Part shown: positions 26,729 to 40,005 of the stretch, piece by piece | How the letters are laid out: each line of letters opens with the position of its first letter | Position numbering within the stretch: position 1 is the stretch's first letter | Assembly (NCBI GenBank): GCA_964016885.1 | Contig: OZ024742.1 | Coordinates: 269,824,001-269,888,000 of the forward strand | Direction of reading: 5' to 3' | DNA: 64,000 nt | DNA from: Eledone cirrhosa | Taxonomy: Eukaryota | Position numbers and translations under genes: made by a program | Notes under the pieces: generated by a model | Told to the model about the DNA's origin: nothing | Seen by the model: only the letters and a program-made list of their open reading frames with translations | The model's database searches: none

Positions 26729-27439
26729 GAGCAGGCCCTCAAAACGAAGTGGCTGAAACACTATATTTACAAGGAGGAAGTTAGCCCACTCTGCAGGATC
26801 TGTCGAGAGTGAGAGGAGACTGTGGCTCATATTGTATCCGAGTGTGAACACCTAGCCCAGACTCACTATAAGGGCTGGAGACATGATGTGATGGGCAGGG
26901 TGATCCACTGGCAGCTATGCAAAGTAAACAATTTACCACATTCTGAGAAGTGGTATGAGCATAAGCCAGAGTCTGTGATAGAAAACCATCAGGTAAAGGT
27001 GCTGTGAGATTTAGGATACAGACGGACCAGAAACTGGAACACAATAGACCTGACCAGGTGGTTTTCGACAAGTAAAAAAGATCGTGCCTGATTGTGGATG
27101 TGGCCTGCCCATTCGACACGAGAGTGCAAGAGTAGGAGAGGGAGAAAATTAACCGACACCAGGACTTAAAGTGGGAGGTAAAAAGGATTTGGAACTGCCA
27201 TGAAATCAAAGTGGTCCCGATTGTCATAGGCGCACTGGGTACTATCTCCAGGAGTTTTCAGGGATGGTTAAAGAAGATTAGTCCAGCCCGCTTTTTGGAA
27301 CACTTCAAAAGGCATGCTTGCTGGGAACAGCAAGAACCGTCCGATACGTCCTGAATATATGAGGCTGCAGGTAGCAGATTGATATTCATTTCAACAAACT
27401 TTCAAGTTAAATAACATCAATGACTGTGACTCAAAGAAC

Positions 27440-27498
<59 letters not shown>
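26729..27498 (+). mobile_element. 5'-truncated R4/Dong-type LINE (same family as 33690-37371) with (TAA)n tail
   Basis: CRIC..ETVAHIVSEC zinc knuckle and RPD..D.ACP RLE motif; aligns with 36599-37313; (TAA)n at ~27439-27498. Confidence 0.9.
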
Positions 27499-27499
<1 letters not shown>

Positions 27500-27689
27500 G
27501 CACGAGGTGGTAGAAGGTCATGAAATCGCTCCCGTAAGTTTTTGATTTTTAACATATTTAAATCAATTGTCAAATAACAATTCTTAGTACAAATGTTGCA
27601 TAAAACACCGAGTCAAGTCCCATAAAATTTCGGATCCATATTATCTTGTTATATCGCTCAAATATTCAATTTTGTATTATATATTTTGC

Positions 27690-28148
27690 ATTCAAAAAAG
27701 AAAATGGTTATAAATGGAAGAAAACACCCTCTGTCTACACTATATACAACAACCAAATAACAGCAATTTCACCAACACCAGAAACTTGATACACCACCTA
27801 CCCCATCACACTAAATATAACAGCCAGATAACGGCAATTTCACCACCACCACCACCAATCCCAGCTTCATAATAATAATTACTATTATTATTGTCTCAAG
27901 TTTTTAAAAAATGTTTAATCCCAATTTTACGGGAATATGTCAACACAATATATATTAAACATACGCGACACACACTCATATATACTACATATCACAAAAC
28001 TCAGTAACGTCAACGCCACCACCGCCACCATCCCATCCATCATTGCTACCACTATCGCATCACCGCCGCCACCACTCCTTCATTGCTACCACCACTATTT
28101 CCTGTTAACTTGAGAGAGAAAGGGGAAGGTGGCGGTATCACTAGACAA
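27690..28148 (+). repeat. ~470 bp ACC-rich module, copy 1
   Basis: Diverged direct repeat of 32361-32853. Confidence 0.85.
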
Positions 28149-28476
28149 GGGAGAAGCTAGCAAAATATATAAATAGATTGACTTAGTGACCTGGCCACCG
28201 GCCAAACGTCAACAGCAACAACTATGGCACTGCTAGCTCACCCCTTCCTCACCAACAATATAAACATCCCCAGCACCACCACCGACATAGCCAACAACAA
28301 TAACAGGCAACTTCAGCAAAAAGTATATTATATTATTGTAATGCACTGGGTGATTGCTGGACTTGTGCCTGGAGTGGAGACAATTATTAATAAGTTCATT
28401 CTTAAGCCACGCGATGCTCACATTAAGGAACCACTCATGATCATAACAATTTAAAAAAAAAACAAAAAAAGAAAAC

Positions 28477-31400
28477 CCCGTGACCAAGAAATACCGGGAT
28501 GGCGGCCGGCGGGGAATAGCCATGTCTCTAGGGGAGAACGACCCCTCTAGTCTTGGTTGACACTCGTTCTAGAAGTGGTAACACGAAAAGATTACCCCTT
28601 GGCGGATAAGGATAAAACGCGACAAAATAAAGTAGATGTCTAATGATGAAATCTCATACCGGATCGGCCGTCACCCGGGTAAAAAAGGGCCGCGTCCCTC
28701 AGTGAGGAACCAGACTGGGGTCGAAAAATCAGCTAATGGTTCAAACCTTCCCATCACTTCGGAGCTGGAGACCTCCCATAACCGGAATACTCCTACTGTT
28801 GGCCCTCCATGCTCACCACCAAGAAATCCAAAGAAAAAGAGAGAAAAATGGTCAAGGGAAGATAATAAAGAAGTCCTTGTTGCTTTCTACACTGCCATGT
28901 ACTACCCATCAAATACATCGAATACAGAACAGACATATATCAACTGGAAAAAGAAACATCCCGAAAACAGAGGCTATATTGACAGCAACAAACTAGCCAA
29001 TATACGAAGAAATATTGTAAGAAAAAAGTTACTAACTGATATAGAAATTGATCAGATCAAGCTATTAGCACAAAGTCAGCGAAGGGAAAATGAAACATGT
29101 GTCAGTGAAAACGAGGTAAATTGTAACACTTCGAATCCCAGGGTTGGGGCGGAATCACTGGCAACAGAACAAATTAAAGAAAGGATCGAAAAAGTGGAGG
29201 GAGTGCATGCTCAAGATGAAACTCCAAATGAAAATAATGAGATCGTAAATGATAAAGAAATGAATGAGAATGAACTTGCCAACTTGAAGGATGAAATTAT
29301 GATCGAATGGATGAAAATGAAAGAATCTGACATGGGGCAACGAGACACCCTCCCTAAGATCCAGAACTCCAAACAGAACCAAAAGATAATACACAAGACT
29401 AACATAATTCTCAAAAACATTATCATCACAAACAAACTAAACATTACTGATTTAAATCATCTCTATTGTGCATCGGCTAAAGTCACCATTCACTTATGTG
29501 GAGTGAAGATGAAAAAACAAAGGAATTCCCAAAAGAAATCTACTTGGCAAGAGAACGTCAATTGACAAATAAACCTTCTCCGATCTGACATAGAAATGTT
29601 AACAAACTATAAAGTAGGTGAACATGTTAAACAAACTAAACTTAGAAAATTGAAAAAAAAGTACAGTATAAAATCAACAAGTGACATAGACATGCTGATA
29701 GAAATAATCAAACAAAAAGTGTCGGCCAAAGCTGCTCGTATAAGGCGCTTTGAAAAACGATCTAGATTCTATAAGGATAATAATATGTTCAAAAACAACC
29801 AAAGAAACTTCTACAGAAAAATTGGTAAGTCAACAATAACTGCTAAATCAATACCACCCACGGAGGAATTGCAAGAATTCTGGGAAAAGATCTGGGCCGA
29901 AGAAAAAGTTCATAACATACATGCCCCATGGATAGACAGACAAATGAAAGATAGAGCTCACCTTGAGGAACAAATGTGCGAAAATATAACAGTTGAACAG
30001 TTGCGCTTGGCTCTAAGAAAAACCAGCAAATGGAAATCCCCAGGAAAAGACAAAATACAAAACTTTTGGATAAATGCCTTCACAGAGTCTCATGAGCTGT
30101 TAGCCCAACTTTACAATGAAATAGTTAAGGAGCCAGAAAAGTTACCATCATGGCTAGTTAACGGCATTACATTCCTGCTTCCGAAGAATGATGAGACAAA
30201 CAATCCCAAAAATTACAGACCGATAACTTGCTTGACCACAATGTATAAAATTTTAACATCAGTCCTAACTGAATACACATATGACCACCTGATAACAAAT
30301 GACCTATTTCCCACTGAGCAGAAAGGGTGTAAACGAGGTTCATATGGCTGTAAGGATCAGCTTCTGGTTAACAAAATGATACTGGAAGATTGTCATAATA
30401 GACACAAAAATCTATCGATTGCTTGGATAGATTATAAAAAAGCATTCGATAGTTTGCCACACAGTTGGATTGAAAAATGTTTAGAGATTTTCAAAATATC
30501 CCCCGTTGTCAGGAGGTTTTTGTCATTCAGTATGAAGACATGGAAAACGACACTCCTTTTGAATAGTGAAACAAAATCACTGGAAGCTGGAGAAGTTAAT
30601 ATTAATTGTGAAATTTTTCAGGGTGACACTTTATCACCGCTTTTATTCTGCATCGCACTTATACCATTAAGTAAAATGCTCAATGAAACAAAACATGGAT
30701 ATAAAGTCTATGATAAAACCATTAATCACTTGTTCTACATGGATGACCTGAAACTATTTGCAAAAAATGATGAACAATTGCAAGGGCTATTATCCACTGT
30801 GGAGCAGTTCACTGATGACATTAAAATGGAGTTTGGACTAGACAAATGCGCCAAAGCAACGTTCACCAGAGGAAAGCTGCTGAAGATTTCAGACATTAAT
30901 CTTGATCGGGGGAACGTGATAAGAGAACTTGATCAAGAAAAAACTTACAAATATCTAGGTGTTTGTGAAGGAGACGGAATCAAGCACTCGACAATGAGGG
31001 AAAGGATAAGGAAGGAATGTTACCGCAGAGTAAGAGCAATCTTAAGAACGGAATTGAATGCAAGGAATAGGATCGATGCCATAAACACGCTTGCCATACC
31101 AGTAGTAACCTACAGTTACAATGTCATCAACTGGTCAAGCACAGAGATCCGTAGGCTCCATACAAAAATTCGAAAACTCTTAACAATGCACAGAATGCAT
31201 CACCCTAAGGCAGATATAGATAGAATATATCTCCCTAGGAAAGAAGGAGGACGTGGGTTAATCCAGTTAGACATTGCGTTGAAAACTGCAACAATTGGAT
31301 TATCTACATATCTAAGTGAATCACATGATTGGATGATCAAACTCGTTTTGAAACACGAAAGCATCAAAAGATCATATTCCATTACAAAAGATGCACAAAG

Positions 31401-32293
31401 ATACAGTAATGGACTACAAATTTCAGAAGTCCCATTTACTGCTGAAATGGAAAACACAGAAAAAGCAAAGCAGGTAAAAGTAACTGCAAAGAAGGAACTG
31501 CTACAGAAACTGGCTAAGAAATGGCAAGAAAAGCCTCTGTATGGAAAATACCCAGAGCGAGCTAACAATCCTGATGTTGACAAAACTTTAACCCATCAGT
31601 GGTTGGCATCCTCTGGACTGAAATCGGAGACTGAAGGACTGATTATATCAGCACAAGATCAGTGTCTGCCAACAAAAAATTACCAAGCCAACATAATAAA
31701 AAATGGGTGCAGCATTTTGACCTGCCACATCAAAAGAATTGGTGGGAGCATTAACCACCTCCCATACTTGAAAAAGATCACATCTCAATCTTGTGGAACT
31801 TTAGCATCCAAACAGATCGAAAAATAGATGCAAATAGACCTGATATAATATTGAAGGACTTCAAAAAGAGGGTATGCCTGCTAATTGATATGTCTGTTCC
31901 AATAGACAAGAATGTATCTATAAAAATATTTGAAAAATTGAGCAAGTATAAGGACCTGGAGATAGAAATTGGAAAAATGTGGAAATTGAGAACTAAAACA
32001 ATGCCAGTGGTTGTAGGCGCTCTGGGAATGATACCTAAGGGGTCTAATGATTACTTATCGCAAATCCCAGGAAACCCGCGTATAGGAGAAATACAAAAGA
32101 TAGTACTAATGGGAACTGCCCATATACTAAGGAAGATTCTGTCAATATAAGTACATCACAAGTCTAAACACTAAAGATGCATGTGTGAGTATGTATGTTC
32201 TTTCTTGAACATGGCGGACCTTGTTGTCTCTTGAGGTCACTGGTTGTGACTTGGTGATAACTCGTATGAACATAAAGCAAGATAAATGCAACT

Positions 32294-32349
<56 letters not shown>
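28477..32349 (+). mobile_element. Near full-length R4/Dong-type non-LTR retrotransposon with (TAA)n tail
   Basis: Single long reading region 28636-32150 with RT and C-terminal RLE; 3' UTR then (TAA)n at 32295-32349. Confidence 0.92.
28636..32150 (+). pseudogene. R4/Dong RT-RLE polyprotein, disrupted
   Basis: KWKSPGKD, NYRPITCL, EQKGCKRGSYGCKDQL, WIDYKKAFDS, IFQGDTLSPLLF, YMDD, YKYLG, RKEGGRGL, RPDI..LIDMSVP..K..KY.DL. Stop at 29563-29565; deletions/frameshift near 31710-31760 remove most of the CCHC knuckle. Confidence 0.92.
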
Positions 32350-32350
<1 letters not shown>

Positions 32351-32360
32351 TACATTGTAT

Positions 32361-32853
32361 ATTCAAAAAAGGAAATGGCTATAAATGGAAGAAGAAGAAC
32401 CCCCCCTCCTCTGTCTACACTATATAGAACAGCCAAACAACAGCAATTTCACCAACACCAGAAACTAGATACACCACCTACCCCATCACTCCTCTGTGTA
32501 CACTAAACACAACAGCCAGATAACGGCAATTTCACCACCACCACAACCAATCTCAACATAATAATGATAATAATAATTACTATTATTATTGTCCCAAGTT
32601 TTAACAAAATGTTTAATTCCAACATTAAGGGAATTTATGTCAACATATGTACGCGACTAACCCCATAGATTCACCGAACGGACATCAGTAACGACAACGC
32701 CATCACTACAGTCACCGCCGCCGCCGCCGCCCATCCATCATTACTACCACTATCCCATCACCGCCGCCACCACTCCTTCATTGCTACCACCGCTATCCCC
32801 CACTACCTTCTGTTAACTTACGAAAGGGGAGGATGTCGATATCACGAGACAAT
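32361..32853 (+). repeat. ~490 bp ACC-rich module, copy 2
   Basis: Homologous to 27690-28148; starts just after the (TAA)n tail. Confidence 0.85.
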
Positions 32854-32917
32854 ATTGATAAATAAGATTAATATTTAATTTTGGATCAGGAATGTTGGAG
32901 TCGAAAATGGCAAAATG

Positions 32918-33430
32918 ACTAAACGACTACAGATTATTATTTCACCACCAATACCACCACCACTACCACGATGAAAACTCTGGTCAAATCGACTCACATT
33001 TATACCCCAACTACAACACCATCACTACAGTAATACGACCACATCACCACCACTACTAAACGACTACAGATTATTATTTCACCACCAATACCACCACCAC
33101 TACCACGATGAAAACTCTGGTCAAATCGACTCAAATTTATACCCCAACTACAACACCATCACTACAGTAATACGACCACATCACCACGACCACTGCCTCA
33201 GTATCGCTACCGCCGCTATTCTCTCCCACTACCTCCAGCTAGTTGCTGCTAGCACAGCACCACCACCACTTTGTAGAATTCCTACTAAAAGAGGACACCA
33301 TCACTACATTAATACGACCACATTACAACCACCACTGCCTTAGTATAGCTACCGCCGCTATTCTCTCCCACTACCTCCTGCTAGTTGCTGCTAGCACAGC
33401 ACCGCCACCACATTGTAGAATTCTTACTAA
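32918..33430. repeat. Local ~137 bp tandem duplications in ACC/ACT-rich DNA
   Basis: ACTAAACGACTACAGATTATTATTTCACC occurs at ~32918 and ~33055; CACCATCACTAC..GTAGAATT occurs at ~33155-33290 and ~33296-33430. Confidence 0.8.
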
Positions 33431-33689
33431 AAAAGAGGAAGGCATCAAAATATATAGATAGACTCAAAAGAAAAAACCAAAATCGAAATCAAAGCAGCAC
33501 AGCAACAGCAACAAAAGTAAAAAAAATTAAAAAAACGTAAAGAAAATAAGAATGAAGAGAGAAACAAACGGACGGACAGAGAAAGGAAGGGAAAAACTAA
33601 GTCAGACATTCGAACACTACATTACAATGAAACTTATGCTTATTCAAGTTTGGGGGTTTTTCAGCCTGTTTGTTTGTTTGTTTATTTGT

Positions 33690-36600
33690 GATCGTCTACA
33701 GCGTGATAATGCCACACAAGAGCCACGTGGAGTGACGCAATCACCGGAGGCGGTGAATCCATGGTGGTTATGTAACCATACATTCGCCAATCCTCGATAA
33801 GAGTGTTTAAATGTCGAACCTAAACAGTTCGAATAACGGTGAAATGGAGACTAGAACGTCATGTGACAGACTCTCACCCAACAGGTGCTCCCTGGCTCAG
33901 CAGCAGGGAACTGGCTGTCAACCAAATACTGCTGGTGTCGGGGGAAGAAGAAGAAGGAAAGGGACCAGAACCAACTGGACGAATGAATTGAATAGAACTG
34001 TTTTGCAATGTTACCTGAAGAGTAACCCCAAGGAGAAAGGCTATAGGAAACGGATGCATAACATCTGGAACGAGATAGGTCTATTTATATTAAATGAACA
34101 AAAATTGGCCGGGCAGGCTCGGGTAATAAGAACTAATGGGTGTATAAGCGAGCTGGAACTGGAGGAACTGGGCAGAGAGATTGGCTTGGAGATGGAGGGT
34201 GGAGTATGCCGCGCAAACGAGCCAGTGGGAAATGAAGGTGAAGAGGGCGAGAGAACGGAGGAACCACCCGAAGCAGGCAATGATCTGAATACTGAGATAA
34301 ATAATACCTGGAACAGAGATACGGCCACTGAGGAGATGAATGCTGACGGGCTAGGACAAGATTTGGTTGATATCCTAAATTTAGTGGTAGATGAATTGAA
34401 CAATGATAGTGGGAGACCTATGAACCTAGATTTGTAGACAGGAAAAAGTTAAAAGAAACAACAGCTAAGGTAAACAAAGTCATCCCATACCTTGAGGCGA
34501 GGAGCCTTCACCAGTGCAACAATATCCTCAAAGCAACAGCAAATACGGCGAGGAAACTACTTGGTATAAAAGCGAGAGGAAACAACAGACAAGAAAGAGC
34601 AGAGCCTTGGTGGAAGAAACGACTGAGTGGTCAAATCAGGGAAATGAGAAATGACATTGGAAAGATTGAGTCCCTACTGAATGGGACACTAAAAAACATA
34701 GACACTAAAAATAGACTGGAAACAAAGTACAAAACTAGGAGGAAAAAGCTAAATATTATCATAGAGGAACTGAAGCAACGCATTGTAGCAAAGAGTGCAA
34801 AAATCAGGCGATACGAGAACAGAGTCAGTCAGTATAAACAGAACCGCATGTTCGACAACAGCCAGAAGATGCTGTTTGGACAGCTTGAAGGGAGAGAAAG
34901 AGGCAACGACTTGATCCCTGAGGCGGAACAAACTAAAACATTCTGGAGAGGAATATGGGAGCAGGATGTTAGACATAATGACCAGGCAGTGTGAATTGAG
35001 ACAGTACAGAAGGAGATCAGTGAACAGGCACACCAACAAACTGATTTGAGTATCACAGTTGACACTCTTAAGGAGCAGGCCAAAAAACTAACCAACTGGA
35101 AATCACCAGGCCCAGATGGTGTGCAGGGGTATTGGATTAACAATATAACATCCCTCCACCCGAAACTGACAACCATGTTCAATGACTGCTTGATGTCAGG
35201 TGAGGTACCAGAGTGGTTGACAAAAGGTACCACAATTCTGATAATGAAAGACCGAATCAAGGGAAATGATGTTACCGACTATAGACCTATCACATGTCTG
35301 TCCGTAATGTGGAAACTGTTGACGAGCATTGTGTCTGAGGAAATCTACCATCACCTCCACACAAACAACTTGTTACCGGACGAACAGAAAGGATGCCGAA
35401 AGAAGTCACGTGGTACAAAGGACAAGTTACATATTGATAAGATGGTAATGGGAAATTGCAAGAGGTGACACACTGATCTTGCCATGGGATGGATAGACTA
35501 CAGAAAGGCATTTGACATGGTGCCTCATTCTTGGATCACCAAAAGCCTGGAGATCTTCAAGGTGGCAGATAACATCACACGGTTGTTGGGCAAAAGTATG
35601 AGGTCATGGGAAACAGAGTTGACATCAACTGGAGAATCCTTGGGAAGCGCGAAGATCAAGAGAGGTATCTTCCAGGTAGATAGCCTGTCCCCTCTGTTGT
35701 TTGTCCTTGCCCTGATGCCCCTGACCAGTGTACTGCGAAAAGTGAGAGCAGGATACAGGTTTGGAAAGGGAGGGCTTCCCATCAATCACCTCCTCTTCAT
35801 GGACGATCTTAAGCTCTTTGGGAAGAGTGAGAAGTAGTTGGATGTGCTTGTTGACACTGTCCGTATTTTCAGCAATGTTATATGTATGAAATTTGGTATT
35901 AGTAAGTGTGGAGTCATTGTAATGAGGAGGTGTAGGTTGAGCAGAAGTAACGGAATCCAGATACCAACAGGTGAGATGATAAAGGAAATTGACTCTGAGG
36001 AAGGACACAAGTATTTGGGCGTGCTGGAGGCTGATGGCATCAAGAACAAAAAAATGAAGGAATTGTTAAGAACTGAATACATTCGGAGAGTAAGGAGCGT
36101 ATTGAAGTCACATCTGAACAGCAGAAATGCCATAAGCGCAGTAAATTCCCGAGCTGTGTCTATTATTAGGTACAGTGCGGGAATTCTGAGATGGAATGTT
36201 GCTGAACAAAAAAAAATGGATAGGAAGACTAGGAAGCTATTGACTATCTACAACAGGTTCCACAAGAGGAGTGATGTCGATAGACTCTACCTAAGGAGAT
36301 CTGAGGGTGGAAGAGGTCTTATCAGCATAGAGGACTGTGTTCAGATGGAGAAAAACAACCTACACAAATACATGACTGATAGTAAGGAGCCAATGCTCAG
36401 AACTGTACTGAAGGAGGGGACAATAGGCCAGGGGATGTCCAAGGAGGAAATAACATCAAGGAGAAAGAGCAGCCTTCAGGAAATATCTCTTCATAGTACC
36501 TTCTTTGGGAAAACTGAATTTAGAGATCCACAGACATGGAACTGGTTGAAAAGAGGAGACCTTAAAAAGGCTACAGAAGGAATGTTAATGGCTGCGCAGG

Positions 36601-37312
36601 AGCAGGCCCTCAAAACGAAGTGGTTAAATCACCACATTTACAAGGAGGAGGCTAGCCCACTGTGCAGGATCTGTGGAGAGAGAGAGAGGAGACTGTGGCT
36701 CACATTGTATCCGAGTGTAAACACCTAGCCCAGACTCACTATAAGGGCTGGAGACATGATGTGATGGGCAGGGTGATTCACTGGCACCTATGCAAAGTAA
36801 ACAATTTACCACATTCTGAGATGTGGTATGAGCATAATCCAGAGGCGGTGATAGAAAACGATCAGGTGAAGCTGCTGTGGGATTTTAGGATACAGACGGA
36901 CAAGAAACTGAAACACAATAGACCTGACCTGGTGGTTTTGGACAAAGAAAAAAGATCGTGCCTGATTGTGGATGTGGCCTGCCCTTTCGACACGAGAGTG
37001 CAAGAGAAGGAGAGGGAAACAATTAACCGATACCAGGACTTAAAGTGCGAGTTAAAAAGGAATTGGAACTGCCATGAAGTCAAAGTGATCCCGATTGTCA
37101 TAGGCGCACTAGGGACTATCTCAAAAAGTTTTCAAGGATGGTTAAAGAAAATTGGCCCCTTCACGCTTTTTGGAACGCTTCAAAAGGCATGCTTGCTGGG
37201 AACAGCAAGAACCCTCCGATACGTCCTGAATATCTCAGGCTGCAGGTAGTGGTTTGATATTAATCTCAACAAACTTTCCAGTTAACTGACATCAATGACT
37301 GAGACTTAAAGA

Positions 37313-37364
<52 letters not shown>

Positions 37365-37371
37365 TAATAAT
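33690..37371 (+). mobile_element. Near full-length R4/Dong-type LINE, second family, with (TAA)n tail
   Basis: Reading region 33811-37249; (TAA)n at ~37314-37371; 5' boundary approximate. Confidence 0.92.
33811..37249 (+). pseudogene. R4/Dong RT-RLE polyprotein, disrupted
   Basis: NWKSPGPDG, YRPITCL, EQKGCRK.SRGTKD, WIDYRKAFD, GIFQ.DSLSPLLF, FMDD, KYLG, EGGRGL, CRIC..ETVAHIVSEC, RHD, RPDLV..IVDVACP; several stops and a (GA)n frameshift at ~36680. Confidence 0.92.
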
Positions 37372-39062
37372 GATTTCTTTATTAACCACAAGGGTTTACA
37401 TAAAGTAGACATTAAGGACAGTGCAGGATACAGGACGGTACATATGGGCATTTCTGCGTGTAAAAAAAAAAACAAAAAAAAACAGAGGGTGTAACAAAAA
37501 ATAACAATGAAAAATTCCCCAATAGGGGGGAGACTTCGGAGGGACATTTGTGGAGAAAGCCCAGTAAAAAGCCACAATGACCCTGACCACCAAGGCAAGT
37601 GCCCTCTCCCTGTTTTCCACCTTTAATTTACAGATATATACTCAGAGTAGGCCCATTCACTCGGGCCATTCTTGCTTCTCTCACCCATCTTTCAACAAAA
37701 TGCTGGGAGGAGAGCACTTCCCTCTCTACCCTGATTTTCCTTTTCAAATGAAATTTGAAAAAGTCAATCAGAGCATCACCGAAGAGGTAATTGCTCGTCT
37801 TCAGCCCTTTCAAACGTGTCCACCATACTATCTCTTTCGCCATGGCCACCAGACAGATAAAAACTGCCTGCCCTTCCCGGCTAAAGGAGGAGGGCGGGGC
37901 AATCCTCACGATGGACTCAGATGATAGTCGGATCCGTCCTAAACGCGACAGCATGTGTTCGACATAAACCCACAAGTCAGCAATTTTCGGACACTGGACG
38001 AGTGCGTGCAGGACGGTTTCGTCGCCCTGCGCGCATCTCGGACATGCCCGGCTGACGGCACCTCCATGCCTGTAGAGTTTATCCCGAACTGGCAAGGCTC
38101 CTCGGTAGCAGTGCCAGGCCAGAGATTTCTGGAAGTTGTCCATAGGCCCTGGCCCGAAAGTTCTTCCGAAGAGATTGGCTAGTTTATTTTCGTCGACGCC
38201 TAGAGTTTCCCCAAGTACGTCGTCGCTCTTCCCCTCCACTAATCCTCTATAGAATGCCGAGGTGGAGTTTCCACCGATCACATTGCCCGATTGGTCGAGG
38301 GCTGTGAGCGCCTGAAGACATATTGCAGTCTCCAGGCGCTCCCTCTCGGTCTTCGCTTGACCCAGGACTGCAGCTCCGTCAAGGAAACGAGCTGGGGAAA
38401 TACGTGTCTAGCAAACGGCGACCACACCTGATCACCGTCGAGGAAGAGGTGGAGATGTCGTAGCCTGAGCGCGTGTCTGCGCATCATCAGCCACGGCATG
38501 CCCAGCCCTCCACGTAGCGGGTGTTGACAACAGATGGACCGCCTGACCACCGGAGCGCGTCCCTTCCACAAAAAGCGAAAGAGCAAACGCTCCAGCGCAG
38601 TCAGGCGAGGCTTAGGACAAGGTACGACGGTCAGGCGGTAGCAGATGACGGACGCGATGTACGCGTTAGCCACCTCCGCTCGACCTTTCAGGGATAGCTT
38701 CCTCTCCGCCCATTTCTGGGTGAGAGAAGCCACCCTGCTCGTCACCTCGTCCCAGTTTTTGTCCGTCTGGAGGTCCGGACCGAACCAGACCCCTAGCAAT
38801 TTAACCGGTCCGTCCGTCCAGCGTCCGACGACGCTGTTGGACGGCATGGACCGGCCTCTCCAGGTGCCGAGCTGCAGGCCCACTGACTTTTCCTGGTTGA
38901 TCATTGCTCCTGTCACCGCTTCGTATTCTCTTAGTGTAGTGCCGATCGCCTCGATGAGTTTGTCGTTCGACACCACTACGGTGACATCGTCCGCATATGC
39001 TGACACGGATCTTCCGCATCCTAGTTCGCGCGGGATGCCCCTCAACGTCTCCAGTTTGTGCC
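37372..39062 (-). mobile_element. 5'-truncated Tx1 (L1-group) LINE, GC-rich
   Basis: SAYADDVTV, GAMINQEKS, VKLLGVWF, LSLKGRA, P..GGLG.P, C-terminal CPRC...ETVLHALVQC; 3' UTR with AATAAA runs into the (TTA)n/(TAA)n tract. Confidence 0.9.
37628..39062 (-). pseudogene. Tx1 ORF2 C-terminal RT and zinc knuckle, frameshifted near 38280
   Basis: ORFs 38278-39075 and 37628-38281. Confidence 0.85.
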
Positions 39063-39250
39063 ACCTAATTTGCATATCGAGTGAGTTAATCGGCCGGGGT
39101 ACCTAAAACGATAAACGGATAAAAGGAAACGAAATTTTATTTCTCACTCTTAGTACGGCTGTTACTTAAATAAAGTATGTATACGTACATACATATATAT
39201 ATACCGACGTACAGTAGTATGTATATATACATATACATACATGCACACAT

Positions 39251-39315
39251 GGCAGGAAGGTATACATTGCTGACGATAGCTAATAAGCTTGAAACTAGTA
39301 CAGCGTTCCTTTGTC
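39251..39315 (+). ncRNA. Type I hammerhead ribozyme (family A)
   Basis: ACATTG-CTGACGA-TAGCTAATAAGCTT-GAAA-CTAG-TA-CAGCGT (one stem I mismatch). Confidence 0.82.
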
Positions 39316-39676
39316 AGTGTTGAACAAATGAGCAACGATGGCTGCTTGACCCTGTATTGCTTAATTCGGGATGTTTGTTCATAAACACACCGAGCATTAT
39401 AATAAATGTTCGGTGAATCAATACGTACATATATATATGTGTGCATGTATGTATATATATATACTACTGTACGTCTGTATAGAATATATGTATGTACGTA
39501 TACATACTTATATTTAAGTAACAGCCGTACTAAGTGTGAGAAATGAAATTTCGTTTCATTTTTTCCGTTTATCGTTTTCGGTACCCCGGCCGATTAACTC
39601 ACTCGATATGCAGATTAGGCTGCTCAGCCGTTAATATGCATAAGGAAAGTATATACTTTCAGACGTTCAATCATCT

Positions 39677-39741
39677 GGCAGGAAGGTATACGTTGCTGAC
39701 GATAGCTAATAAGCTTGAAACTAGTACAGCGTTCCTTTGTC
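39677..39741 (+). ncRNA. Type I hammerhead ribozyme (family A)
   Basis: GGCAGGAAGGTATACGTTG-CTGACGA-TAGCTAATAAGCTT-GAAA-CTAG-TA-CAGCGTTCCTTTGTC. Confidence 0.88.
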
Positions 39742-39939
39742 AGTGTTGAACAAAAGAGCAACGATGGTTGCTAGACACTGTACGGCTTAATTCGGGATGT
39801 TTGTTTACAAATACACCGAGCATTATAATAAATGTTCGGTGAATCCATACGTACATATACTTATATGTGTGCATGTATGTATATATATATATACATACTA
39901 CTGTACGTCTGTATACATATATGTATGTACGTATACATG

Positions 39940-40000
<61 letters not shown>

Positions 40001-40005
<5 letters not shown>

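Larger units (their letters stand above)
39063..39943 (+). mobile_element. Retrozyme-like family A, locus 3 (inverted piece 39063-39250, then ~1.6 direct monomers, period 426)
   Basis: CTGACGA at 39270 and 39696; predicted cleavage sites 39300 and 39726. Confidence 0.88.

Noticed and set aside
28477-28635. HDV-like ribozyme in the Dong 5' UTR (GACCAAGA/TCTTGGTT, GAC-CCCTCTA-GTC)
   Set aside because: Structured, but I could not place P1.1, P4 and the catalytic C in the right order; needs a descriptor search.
38278-39075. Intact ORF starting MQIRW
   Set aside because: The start codon lies in adjacent family A sequence fused to a 5'-truncated Tx1; it is a junction artefact.
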